Below are positions 8,125 to 16,876 of a DNA stretch of 50,293 nt, one piece after another. Origin of the DNA: a virus. Lineage: Duplodnaviria > Caudoviricetes. The stretch is taken from IMG/VR virus record IMGVR_UViG_3300040971_000174, positions 1 to 50,293 of that record; one strand, written 5' to 3'. The position numbers and the translations under genes are program-made. The notes under the pieces were generated by a model that saw only the letters and a program-made list of their open reading frames with translations, made no database searches and was not told the DNA's origin. How positions within the stretch are numbered: position 1 is the first letter of the stretch; every line of letters begins with the position of its first letter.

Positions 8125-8922
8125 ATGGATATCGAGAAGCTTTACCCCCTGCTCGAACGGATCGCCGTTGCGCTCGAACGGCTGTCGAACGATGGCAAGC
8201 CGGCGGCGCTCAACCTGGTGCGCCCGATGGACGAGTTTTGGAACTTTGACTGGTCGGCGATTGGCGCTGAGATCGTCAAAGACGACGCCGATGGGCCGAC
8301 GCATGTGCAGCACAACGGAGCGCTCTACACCAGGCGCAGCCCGACGAACAAGTTTGATCCGGCGATCTGGTACTCAGCGCCCGCCGGGAAAGACGGCGAC
8401 GGCAACGTCGAGTATGTGCGCCTGATCACCTTCCGCGACTTCAAGGACGCCGATCCGCTGCCTGGCAAGGTGACCAACAACGGCCATAAGGCCCCTGCTC
8501 AACAGCAGGCCCAGGCTCCCCGCCCGCCGGCAGCGCAAACACAGCGCCCAGCTGCACCCCCGCCGACACCGGCGATGCCAAAGCTCGCAACCCGGCCTTA
8601 CAGTCCCGATGTTCTCAGGAGCAAGCTCGCCGAGTGGGCCAAAGCCCGGACCGGCCAGCCCTGCACCGCGCAGCACCGCACGCTATTGGCCGGCCAGCTC
8701 GAAACGGCCATCGGCGGCAAGCTGGAACGCTACGAGATGAGCGAGTGGTTGTTCGGCAGTTCTTCAACAGCCGACATCTCGTGTGAGCTGGTGCTGGCAG
8801 CGCTGAAGGACTGGCTCGAGATCAAAGACTGGCAGAGCCAGCCGAGTGAGAGCGCGATCGCAGAAGTCAAGGCGGCCCATGCCGCGGCGGTAGCGCACAT
8901 CAAGGCAACGCAGAAGGCTTAG
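8125..8922 (+). CDS. ddrB: DdrB-like single-stranded DNA binding/annealing protein with Pro-rich linker and C-terminal helical domain
   Basis: FDWSAIGA...HNGALYTRR...PAIWYS...EYVRLITFR matches the motif order of Deinococcus DdrB as recalled (FDWSLIGA, HRGHAYRRR, AAIKYSRG, EYVTLAIFR). Confidence 0.75.
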   Translation: MDIEKLYPLLERIAVALERLSNDGKPAALNLVRPMDEFWNFDWSAIGAEIVKDDADGPTHVQHNGALYTRRSPTNKFDPAIWYSAPAGKDGDGNVEYVRLITFRDFKDADPLPGKVTNNGHKAPAQQQAQAPRPPAAQTQRPAAPPPTPAMPKLATRPYSPDVLRSKLAEWAKARTGQPCTAQHRTLLAGQLETAIGGKLERYEMSEWLFGSSSTADISCELVLAALKDWLEIKDWQSQPSESAIAEVKAAHAAAVAHIKATQKA

Positions 8923-8977
8923 TTTTAAAGCAAACGAATCGGGGCGGGTGATGAGCCCGCCCCGGAGGAGATAACTC

Positions 8978-9370
8978 ATGAGCGATATAAAAATGACACT
9001 TGCCAACAAGCTCGACAGGCTGGCAGACCTGGAATCGGGGCGTGAAGTTTTGACGCTGCGCAAGAAGGAAGAAGTTTCCCAGGCAGTTCCGCTTGAAGTT
9101 TTGGAAAAACTGAACGAAATCGATAACAAGTACGAAGCCGAAGATGCAAAACTGCTCGAGGAAATGCAAGCCTTGGAAACAGAAATTCGCGCCGAGGTGC
9201 TTGCTCGTGGCGAAACGGCTAAAGGGGCGTTTTTGATGGCCACCTGGAACAAAGGCCGCGTTTCGTGGGATGGCAAGAAGCTGGATGGCATGATGGCGCT
9301 TATTCCACAACTCAAGGAAGCCCGCAAGGAAGGCGCGCCAACTGTAAGTCTGCGACGGGTAGAAGCATGA
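8978..9370 (+). CDS. Coiled-coil protein, Gam/Gp157-like (tentative)
   Basis: Long coiled coil then GRVSWDGKKL...RKEGAPTVSLR; located in the recombination module; RBS GGAGGAG. Confidence 0.5.
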   Translation: MSDIKMTLANKLDRLADLESGREVLTLRKKEEVSQAVPLEVLEKLNEIDNKYEAEDAKLLEEMQALETEIRAEVLARGETAKGAFLMATWNKGRVSWDGKKLDGMMALIPQLKEARKEGAPTVSLRRVEA

Positions 9371-9444
9371 GCGCTTTTTCGGTCATCATCCTTCTGATCA
9401 TCGCCGGCTTGGTCATGTACTTCGACCTGCGACCGGACAAATAA
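9367..9444 (+). CDS. 25-aa single-TM peptide
   Basis: ATGA overlap; MSAFSVIILLIIAGLVMYFDLRPDK. Confidence 0.5.
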   Translation: MSAFSVIILLIIAGLVMYFDLRPDK

Positions 9445-9577
9445 CAGAAATACCGGGCAGGAGCGCGAGACCAGCGCAGCACCGCCCGTTATTGTTGCCC
9501 CTGCACCGCCCAATACGCACCGCGAAACAACGGAAAGCAGACGGCGCAGGGGTACTCTTCTCAAAAGGATAATCACG

Positions 9578-9877
9578 ATGGGCGCATCATTCGCTCTGTC
9601 CTGGGTACGCGCAGACGATGAAATTCAGCAGCCGACACCGACCACGAAGGTCAAGAAAGTTATACCGCGCCTGACCTGCGAAGGTCACAAGTGGGGCATG
9701 TGGATGACCGACAACATGTACATCGACACCCCTTGGGGCAAGCAACTTATCCCGCAGTCTATTGGCAACTATCGCCGGTTCTGCACTCGCCGGGGATGCA
9801 AGGCCAAACAGATGGGATATGGGTCAGCGTGGGGCGTGAACATCACGCCGGTGGATATAGCATCGACAACCAAATAA
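9578..9877 (+). CDS. Cys/His metal-binding protein (DUF1660-like)
   Basis: CEGHKW...RFCTRRGC; RBS AAAGGA. Confidence 0.6.
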   Translation: MGASFALSWVRADDEIQQPTPTTKVKKVIPRLTCEGHKWGMWMTDNMYIDTPWGKQLIPQSIGNYRRFCTRRGCKAKQMGYGSAWGVNITPVDIASTTK

Positions 9878-9956
9878 AACTACCCACTCGCGATGTAAAG
9901 CGAGCCAGTGTTGATAGCACAAAGGGAACGCCGGAACGAAGGAGTAACCGGCACAC

Positions 9957-10029
9957 AGCAGGGTAGCTCAATGGTTACAGCGCGGGAGTCATAATCCCGA
10001 GATTGAGAGTTCGAGTCTCTCCCCTGCTA
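9957..10029 (+). tRNA. tRNA with CAT anticodon (probably Met); CCA not encoded
   Basis: Acceptor AGCAGGG/CCCTGCT, D-arm GCTC..CAGC, anticodon stem CGGGA/TCCCG with loop GTCATAA, T-arm GAGAG-TTCGAGT-CTCTC, discriminator A. Confidence 0.9.
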
Positions 10030-10080
10030 CTGGAATGTTTCACTTAATAAAAGCTAACGAAAACATAAAAGGAGTCTCCC

Positions 10081-10563
10081 ATGCTGATCAGTTTTTACGG
10101 AACGTTATCCGGCCTGACGGCCAATATCCTGAAGGACGAAGCCAAGATCGGGGTCGCCTGCAAAGTCGAAGAGATGGACGAAGATGCGCTCGACCGCCTG
10201 GCTGAAGTTTGCGCACTGCAAATTGCATCAGATGTACACCTGGTCTTCGAGGGCAACCAACTGGCCCTTCCCTGCCGCGTCGGTTCGGTTATGACCGATC
10301 ACGCCAAGAAGGACATCAAGATTGTGATTGTGGTGCCCGAGAAGCGCCTCGATGCAAAAGACAAAAGCTGCCTCGAAGAGTGGTATCGCATGGAACGCGA
10401 GATCGGTGTCGAGGTGACCAACCGGCAGATGACCTTCAAGGACATCGTCCCCCAGGGCTTGCGTGGCCGCGTGGATAAAGTCACCATCAGCAGCGGCAAC
10501 AAAAGCGTCACGTTTGATAAATCAGTCAAGATCGATCCCGAAACCGGGGAGGTGCAGCAATGA
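10081..10563 (+). CDS. Hypothetical phage protein
   Basis: RBS AAGGAG; C-terminal IDPETGEV motif. Confidence 0.75.
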   Translation: MLISFYGTLSGLTANILKDEAKIGVACKVEEMDEDALDRLAEVCALQIASDVHLVFEGNQLALPCRVGSVMTDHAKKDIKIVIVVPEKRLDAKDKSCLEEWYRMEREIGVEVTNRQMTFKDIVPQGLRGRVDKVTISSGNKSVTFDKSVKIDPETGEVQQ

Positions 10564-10991
10564 CAGTCCACCCGGTTTATGACCAACTGCTCGCAGAAAT
10601 CACAGACGAACTGGAACGCAAGGTTCTCCAGGTGCTGATCGATCATGCCGGCACGCGCGTTACCCGCCCGCAGCTTGTGATGGATATCTTCGGCATCGAG
10701 GTCGAGCAAGCGGAACTTACCGGCAATTACCAAGACCGACAGATCCGCGAATGCATCGAGCACCTTCAGAAGCGCGATTATCCGATCATGGCTTCGAGCG
10801 GAACGCCTGGCTATGTGCTGGCCGCCGACGAAACGGTACTGGATGCCTACATTGCCGAGATTGGTTCACGCATTGCCAATATGCAGGAAAAACAAAGCGC
10901 CCTGCGGCGCTCACGGCGCTGGATCGGTTTTATCCGGCAATGGAAAGAAGGCCGGCCGGCGCAGCAAATAAGCATGTTCGGAAAGGTTTGA
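10560..10991 (+). CDS. Winged-helix-like DNA-binding protein
   Basis: DRQIRECIEHLQKRDYPIMASSGTPGYVLA pattern; ATGA overlap. Confidence 0.6.
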   Translation: MTVHPVYDQLLAEITDELERKVLQVLIDHAGTRVTRPQLVMDIFGIEVEQAELTGNYQDRQIRECIEHLQKRDYPIMASSGTPGYVLAADETVLDAYIAEIGSRIANMQEKQSALRRSRRWIGFIRQWKEGRPAQQISMFGKV

Positions 10992-10993
10992 CG

Positions 10994-11095
10994 ATGGACA
11001 CAAAAGAAACGGTCAAATGTGAATACTGCAAGAGAAGTTATCCGAAGGCATTCTCGAAATGCCCGTACTGTAAAAATAAGCCCAAAAAGAAATAA
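10994..11095 (+). CDS. 33-aa zinc-ribbon peptide
   Basis: MDTKETVKCEYCKRSYPKAFSKCPYCKNKPKKK; RBS GAAAGG. Confidence 0.6.
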   Translation: MDTKETVKCEYCKRSYPKAFSKCPYCKNKPKKK

Positions 11096-11115
11096 CCATA
11101 CCCAGGAGCGAGACA

Positions 11116-12003
11116 ATGGCACAGATCCCAGTAACAAAGATCATGCGCAACCCGCAACAACCCCGGACCGTGTTCGACAAGGACAGCTTGGCAGAGCTGG
11201 CCCAAAGCATCAAGGAAACCGGTCTTATCCAGCCGATCGTTGTGGAAGACAACGGCGACGGCACCTACACCCTGGTCGGCGGCGAACGCCGCTGGCGCGC
11301 CCACCAGCTACTCGGGCGTGAGACCATCGAAGCTAACATCCGTGAGCGTTCGAACCATAACGGGCGCGAACTGCTCGTGATGGGCCTGGTCGAGAACGTG
11401 CAGCGCGACGATATGAACGCGATGGACGAGGGCGAGGCCTACCAAAGACTGCACGACGAGCACGGCATGGACTGGGCCGACATCGGCAAGCAGGTCGGCA
11501 AGAGCACATCCGCACTCCAACAGCGGGCGCTGCTGACCAAACTGGATCCGGAGATCAAAGAAATGATCCGCCGGGGCGAGTTCACCGGCATGTCGAGCGT
11601 TGCGCGGGCCCTGCTGGCCATCCCCGATGGCAAGTCACGCGTGGAACTGGCCCGCCAGGCGCGCGCAGGAAAGTTCACCTGGCGGCAGGTTATCGGCGCT
11701 GCCGAGCGCATGGCAAGGGCCATCGCCGAACAGCAAAAAGAAAAGGACAAGCCGGCCGACAAACGCAACTCGCCGGCGATGCGCCAGGCGCTCAAGAAGA
11801 GCAGGCGCGATGACTTCGACGAAGAGACCCCGCCGAGTGGCTGGGATGCGCTCAAGCAGGCCGGCACTGTTCCGGAATGGAGCAAGGTCTCCGGAGCATC
11901 CCAGGCGGTATGCAAGTCCTGCTCGCTCTCATCAATGGCCAACGACGTTACCTGTAACGAGTGCCCGCTGGTTGAATTCATCGTCAGGGTGGTGCGGCCA
12001 TGA
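11116..12003 (+). CDS. parB: ParB/Spo0J-family protein with C-terminal Cys cluster
   Basis: NPQQPRTVFD...LAQSIKETGLIQPI...GGERRWRA, ENVQRDD, HTH. Confidence 0.88.
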   Translation: MAQIPVTKIMRNPQQPRTVFDKDSLAELAQSIKETGLIQPIVVEDNGDGTYTLVGGERRWRAHQLLGRETIEANIRERSNHNGRELLVMGLVENVQRDDMNAMDEGEAYQRLHDEHGMDWADIGKQVGKSTSALQQRALLTKLDPEIKEMIRRGEFTGMSSVARALLAIPDGKSRVELARQARAGKFTWRQVIGAAERMARAIAEQQKEKDKPADKRNSPAMRQALKKSRRDDFDEETPPSGWDALKQAGTVPEWSKVSGASQAVCKSCSLSSMANDVTCNECPLVEFIVRVVRP

Positions 12004-12860
12004 CCGACACAGACACTGACCTGCAATCTGTGATCAGCGCGCTTTTGCGCCAGGCTGTGATCGCCGACCCGCGGCAAAGGCCCCCGTCCTGGTCCGCCGA
12101 CGAGATCGCCTTCCTTCACAAAAACGCCGGCATCCTCGACGATCAGCAGATCGGCGAAGCCCTGGGGCGCACCGCAAACGCGGTCAAGATATTCCGTGTT
12201 CGGGCAAAGCTGAAGGCGGTTTCGCGGGCCGGCACGGTCTGGATCACCGCCAACCAGGCGGCCAGAGTCCTGGGCGTCGACTCGCACAAAATGACGTACT
12301 GGTGCAGGGTCGGTTTGGTCCCGGCGCGCTTCCGGGTGCATGCAGAGAGCCAGCGTGAATACATCCTGATCAACCGCGAGCTGCTCAAGCGCTGGTGTGT
12401 CAACCTGCGCAACTGGGTCTACATCGACTGGCGCCGCATCAAGGATGAGCGCATCCGCCGCTTATGTGAGCTGCGCGCCGAGCGCTGGGGCGATGAGTGG
12501 TGGGACACCACCCAGGTCGCATCCCACCACGGCGTAGATGTGACCGACGTAAAGCGCCTGATCTCGCGCGGTGAGATCAACTCGTACCGCCCGGAATACT
12601 CGCTGGGTGGGAGAAATCTCAGAGACACCTGGCGCAATCACTTTGTTCTCAAGAGTGAAGCCACCCGGGCCGATCTGGTTTTCCACAAACGACAAGGGGC
12701 GCCAGGCAAATCGCGGAAGTTCAGCCCCGGCTTCGACGCCTTTCTTTTCAGGGCGAGAGCGGCCGGCTACGAATGGGCAGCCATTGCGAAGATGTCCAAG
12801 GTCGCGATGAAATCCTGCATGTATCGCTACTCGAAGCTGCTGAAAGCCAGGGCGCAATGA
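12000..12860 (+). CDS. Multi-HTH DNA-binding protein
   Basis: Repeated HTH-like segments (IGEALGRTANAV, QAARVLGVD, QVASHHGVD, AIAKMSKV). Confidence 0.6.
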   Translation: MTDTDTDLQSVISALLRQAVIADPRQRPPSWSADEIAFLHKNAGILDDQQIGEALGRTANAVKIFRVRAKLKAVSRAGTVWITANQAARVLGVDSHKMTYWCRVGLVPARFRVHAESQREYILINRELLKRWCVNLRNWVYIDWRRIKDERIRRLCELRAERWGDEWWDTTQVASHHGVDVTDVKRLISRGEINSYRPEYSLGGRNLRDTWRNHFVLKSEATRADLVFHKRQGAPGKSRKFSPGFDAFLFRARAAGYEWAAIAKMSKVAMKSCMYRYSKLLKARAQ

Positions 12861-13171
12861 CTACCTGGAAGAAATCTGGCGAGAGTGGCCAGGCGCACGC
12901 CTGCGACCGCAAGGGCCAGGAGTACTACATCACCGTATGCGGGACCGTGATCCGCACCGACAAGGCGCTCGACGCGCCGACGGGCGAACGATGCCCGAAT
13001 TGTGACCAAATAACTACCGAAGGGAGACGCCATGACGACGCAAAACAAACGACCAGTACTACCGCCGCGCGGCGTTTTCAGCCCATCCGCAATCGTTTAC
13101 GACAAGACACTGGCCCCAACGGTCAGGGACACCTACACCATGCTGAGAGGCCTGGCGTGGGGAAAGTCTGA
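12857..13171 (+). CDS. Small His/Cys zinc-finger protein
   Basis: ATGA-coupled; QAHAC...TVCG...RCPNC. The tail overlaps the initiator gene by 140 nt. Confidence 0.45.
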   Translation: MTTWKKSGESGQAHACDRKGQEYYITVCGTVIRTDKALDAPTGERCPNCDQITTEGRRHDDAKQTTSTTAARRFQPIRNRLRQDTGPNGQGHLHHAERPGVGKV

Positions 13172-14006
13172 AACTCCTCCGATTTCGTTTGCTCAGCTTG
13201 AAGACATTACCGGGAAATCACGGACGACAATTTATGGACACATGCGCGAGTTGGATACTCGGGGCGCTCTGCGATGGCGCTCTGCTGGCGACGCGAGACT
13301 CATTGTGTCCTTCTTTGACCTGGATGACCTGAGTGATGATCAGCAGATCGGCGAATATGAGAATGAGTCCGGAAATTCGGAATCCGGATTTCCGGATTTG
13401 CCTGATGATGATTCTTTAAAAGAGTCTTTAAATCATCATCCTCTTATAGAGTCCGAAAATCCGGACAAAATCCGAAAATCCGGACAACTTGTCCGAAAAA
13501 CCGGACAAACAATCCGGAAATCCGGACTGGCAGCCGATGAGCCCCCGAAAGAACCTGTGCAGGAGCCGATCCGAACGGTTGTTGATCCTGCTTTTGGGGC
13601 ACTGGTCAAGTTGTGGCAATCCATCCGGGGCCCGATCACGGCCTTTGACGCCGACGAGATCGGCGCGCTGCAAGACGAATGGCACAAGCACCTGGCATCT
13701 TTGCCGGAAGCTCACCCGAACAAGACTGTCACGGCCCAGGCTGCGATCGAAGAAGCTTTGAGGGCAACCGCCCTACAGGCCTCGAGGCCGAACCTGAAGT
13801 ATGCCCGCAAGGTGCTGTTGACCTTTATGGCAGAAGGTTTCAAGGCCGAATCGTCGATTGTTCCAGCCGCTCCTGCGCCTGTTTCAGAACCGGAGCCGGC
13901 GCAATCGAAGCCGGTCGAAACGTACGCGCCCATGCCAGCCGAGGCGAAGCGCGCCCTGGATGCGCTGCTTAAATCACGGCGGGAGGAAGCTTATGCCACC
14001 AACTGA
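13032..14006 (+). CDS. Phage replication initiator (N-terminal wHTH, DnaD-like C-terminus)
   Basis: wHTH QLEDITGKSRTTIYGHMRELDTRGAL; internal iterons; PNLKYARKVL motif; directly upstream of the helicase. Confidence 0.8.
   Translation: MTTQNKRPVLPPRGVFSPSAIVYDKTLAPTVRDTYTMLRGLAWGKSETPPISFAQLEDITGKSRTTIYGHMRELDTRGALRWRSAGDARLIVSFFDLDDLSDDQQIGEYENESGNSESGFPDLPDDDSLKESLNHHPLIESENPDKIRKSGQLVRKTGQTIRKSGLAADEPPKEPVQEPIRTVVDPAFGALVKLWQSIRGPITAFDADEIGALQDEWHKHLASLPEAHPNKTVTAQAAIEEALRATALQASRPNLKYARKVLLTFMAEGFKAESSIVPAAPAPVSEPEPAQSKPVETYAPMPAEAKRALDALLKSRREEAYATN
13368..13527 (+). repeat. Iterons and AT-rich inverted repeat (probable replication origin)
   Basis: TCCGRAAAWCCGGAC at 13452, 13471, 13492 and 13513, plus variants at 13368 and 13383. 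GATGATGATT...AATCATCATC (13404-13440) surrounds an AT-rich core. Confidence 0.85.
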
Positions 14007-15279
14007 AACAAGCCCAGGGACGCCCTATAACCACGAGGCCGAAGAAGCCTTGATCGGGGCGATCCTGATCGCGCCCGAGCAATACAGGGTGCTTTCAGCG
14101 ATCGTGCGCCCGGAAGATTTCCGAATACAGCGCTTTCAGTTCGTCTGGAAGGCCGCCCAGGAACTACAAGACAAGGGCCAGCCGATCGATTTCGTTACGC
14201 TGAACGACCAGCTCAAGAGAGACGGCAAGCTGGACGAGGTCGGCGACGACTTTTTGTACAGCATGAACTTTGCCGCCCCGAACGCCTTCAATGCCGAAGG
14301 GTACGCAAACATCGTTGCAGATTTTGGCATGAAGCGAGACCTGCTTTATGCCGCCAACGACATTGCCGCCTGGAGCTATAACGGCAAGAGCGGCATGGAG
14401 ATCATGACCCTGGCCCGTAAGCGTTTCGAGCAGATCGAGACCGGGCGCGGTTTTGGCGGCGAGAAGGTATCCGTCAGGGATGTGCTCAGCCAGATCTATG
14501 ACGAGATGGAAACCGGGGTAACGCCGCTTAAATACATTCCGAGCGGGCTGCGCGCCCTGGATGACCTTATCGATGGCTTTGCGCAGACAAAATACGTCGT
14601 GATCGCCGGCCGGCCGGGAGACGGGAAGACCGCCTTCATGCTCGACGCGGCCCGGGAAGCGGCCGTCAAGCACCGCCAGAAAGTAGCTTTCTTCTCGCTG
14701 GAAATGTCTGCCGGAGAGCTTACGGACCGCATGATCGCCCAGATCACGGGCATCGACAGCAAGCGCATCGAAAAGCGCAAGCTGCGCGACGATGAATGGC
14801 CACTGTTTACGGATGCGGTTGAGCAGCTCGCCAACTCCCAGATGGATTTGTACTACCGTCCGGGCTTGAGCATTCCGGAACTGCGCGCGCGCTGCCTGCG
14901 CGGCAAGTATGACATGGTCTTTGTCGATTATCTGCAACTGATGATCGGTGAGAACCGAAAAGAAAACCGGGTGCAGGAACTTTCGTTCATCACACGCAAC
15001 CTGAAGGTGCTGGCAGGTGAGATCAACGCCCCGGTTATTTCGGCCTCGCAGATGAACCGCGGCGTCGAGGGCAGGGCCGACAAAGAGCCTCAGCTCTCAG
15101 ACCTGCGAGAGTCTGGCTCCATCGAGCAGGATGCCGACATCGTCATGTTTATTTATGGCGCTCAACCAACGCCGATGCCCAAGGAGCCGAGAAAGTTCAA
15201 GATCGCCAAGCACCGCGGCGGGCCCGTCGGCACGATCACGGCGACATTTACCCGGCAAGCCGTTCACTTCGAGGGATGA
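13993..15279 (+). CDS. dnaB: Replicative DNA helicase
   Basis: EAEEALIG N-domain, GRPGDGKT, FSLEM, VDYLQL, SQMNR, DLRESGSIEQDAD, KHRGG. Confidence 0.96.
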   Translation: MPPTETSPGTPYNHEAEEALIGAILIAPEQYRVLSAIVRPEDFRIQRFQFVWKAAQELQDKGQPIDFVTLNDQLKRDGKLDEVGDDFLYSMNFAAPNAFNAEGYANIVADFGMKRDLLYAANDIAAWSYNGKSGMEIMTLARKRFEQIETGRGFGGEKVSVRDVLSQIYDEMETGVTPLKYIPSGLRALDDLIDGFAQTKYVVIAGRPGDGKTAFMLDAAREAAVKHRQKVAFFSLEMSAGELTDRMIAQITGIDSKRIEKRKLRDDEWPLFTDAVEQLANSQMDLYYRPGLSIPELRARCLRGKYDMVFVDYLQLMIGENRKENRVQELSFITRNLKVLAGEINAPVISASQMNRGVEGRADKEPQLSDLRESGSIEQDADIVMFIYGAQPTPMPKEPRKFKIAKHRGGPVGTITATFTRQAVHFEG

Positions 15280-15281
15280 CC

Positions 15282-15452
15282 ATGAGCGAAGCAGTTCAGC
15301 AGTTCCTTGAGATTGTCCGAACCACCTGGCGCAAGGTCCTTTATTGCGGCCAGTGCGGAAAGAACACGGATCACACCGGCAGGGAAGTGGCGCGTGAAGA
15401 GATTTACACGTGCTCTATCTGCCGATCTGAGAAGTGGTACACCGTCAAATAG
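15282..15452 (+). CDS. 56-aa zinc-ribbon protein
   Basis: Manual translation: LYCGQCGKNTDH...YTCSICRSEK. Confidence 0.65.
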   Translation: MSEAVQQFLEIVRTTWRKVLYCGQCGKNTDHTGREVAREEIYTCSICRSEKWYTVK

Positions 15453-15461
15453 GAGGCGGCC

Positions 15462-15746
15462 ATGAAAAACGAAATCGTTCGCGCCCTGGAACAGGCCGGC
15501 GCGCTGGTCCTGAAGATGGACCGGAACAGGGAAGGCTTTGACCTTCTCGTCGTTGCGCCCGCAGGGAATACCATCATGCGCGTCGGCGCCGATCCCCTGA
15601 CCGCCTTCGAAGCGCTGATCAAAATAGGCATCGAGACCGTCGGCGGCGCCTACTACGTCGTCGAGACACCGGAGCAGGCGCTCAGCCTTGTGCGCGGCGA
15701 CCTGCAAACAGTAATGGCTCTGATCGAGAATGGAGCAGGTTTATGA
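15462..15746 (+). CDS. Degenerate VRR-NUC-like protein
   Basis: EIVRALEQAGA...GFDLLV...YYVVETPEQAL scaffold, but the ExK motif reads RVG. Confidence 0.55.
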   Translation: MKNEIVRALEQAGALVLKMDRNREGFDLLVVAPAGNTIMRVGADPLTAFEALIKIGIETVGGAYYVVETPEQALSLVRGDLQTVMALIENGAGL

Positions 15747-16336
15747 ACTACTCAATTGCAAAGTCGATTGCCGACTACCTGGTCGGCGAGCTATCCCCGT
15801 ACTGCCTGCCGGATTACTGCCGGATCGCCGGCGGCCTGCGACGCGAAAAGGCCGACGTGCATGACATCGAGATCGTTTGCATTTCGAAGCCTGGCGCGCC
15901 CAGGCCCGAGTTCGGGCAAAAGCGCATCCTGGCCAGCCACCTGGAAGCAGGCCTGTACCGCCTGGAGTGCGAAGGCCGGCTGGGCCGACGCGAGAAGGAT
16001 GGCCCTAAATACAAGAAGATCTCGATCACCCTGGAAGCGTTCGGCGTCCGCACCCTGGATCACTTCTTCCTGGATCTGTTTATTGTGCGCCCGGAAACAT
16101 GGGGATATCAATTTACGGTTCGCACTGGACCGGCAGAATTCAGCCACAAGCTGGTAACAAAACAGGATCTTGGCGGCTGGCTGCCTGGCAATGTTCGGGT
16201 CGAGGACGCCCTTCTCTGGGATGTTCAAACCGACACAGTTATCCCAACGCCCGAGGAAGCCGACTTTCTGCGCGAAACTGGCCTGCCCTGGATCGAGCCG
16301 CGCGACCGACAAACCTACCTGGAGAAAAACCAATGA
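15743..16336 (+). CDS. polX: Minimal family X DNA polymerase (palm and thumb only)
   Basis: IAGGLRR...HDIEIV, LDLFIV, RTGPAEFS, EEADFLRETGLPWIEPRDR. Confidence 0.85.
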   Translation: MNYSIAKSIADYLVGELSPYCLPDYCRIAGGLRREKADVHDIEIVCISKPGAPRPEFGQKRILASHLEAGLYRLECEGRLGRREKDGPKYKKISITLEAFGVRTLDHFFLDLFIVRPETWGYQFTVRTGPAEFSHKLVTKQDLGGWLPGNVRVEDALLWDVQTDTVIPTPEEADFLRETGLPWIEPRDRQTYLEKNQ

Positions 16337-16422
16337 GAAAACGCGAAATGATCGTTGTTGTCCTTGGCATGGCCGGCGTTCTGCTCGGCGTCATGTCGGT
16401 AGTACTCACCTTTGGAGGTTGA
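16333..16422 (+). CDS. 29-aa single-TM peptide
   Basis: ATGA overlap, RBS GGAG; MRKREMIVVVLGMAGVLLGVMSVVLTFGG. Confidence 0.55.
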   Translation: MRKREMIVVVLGMAGVLLGVMSVVLTFGG

Positions 16423-16423
16423 T

Positions 16424-16876
16424 ATGAAAACCGGAATGCAATATCCCCTGATCGGCCTGGCGGTCCTGCTCTTGGTTGCCATTCTTGGCAAAACATGGAA
16501 CAACGCACAGATCGATATAGCAACTGCACGGATGCAAGCTCAGGCGCTCGGAACCGAACTGCCATCCGGAGCGCTGGCGATCGGGGAGATTGGTGCGTTC
16601 TGGGTGATCAAGGCAATTGCAGGCACCCTGCTGGCCGGGGCTGGCACGGCCATCGGTGTGAGACTTTGGGCCGACTGGAAAAAACGAAAGCGGCAATCCA
16701 ACTGGATGCCAGGCCCAAACGCCAATTACCAACGCCAGCCACCCGCACAGAAGGCAGTCAGTAACGCAGAACTTTACCGAATGATGATGTACCAGCAAAT
16801 GCAACAAGGCGGCGCGAGGAAAACACCTGCGCAGATCGGAATGGCAAACGATGATGAACCGGAGATTGTTTTTTAG
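16424..16876 (+). CDS. 2-TM membrane protein
   Basis: RBS GGAGG; two hydrophobic helices. Confidence 0.7.
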   Translation: MKTGMQYPLIGLAVLLLVAILGKTWNNAQIDIATARMQAQALGTELPSGALAIGEIGAFWVIKAIAGTLLAGAGTAIGVRLWADWKKRKRQSNWMPGPNANYQRQPPAQKAVSNAELYRMMMYQQMQQGGARKTPAQIGMANDDEPEIVF

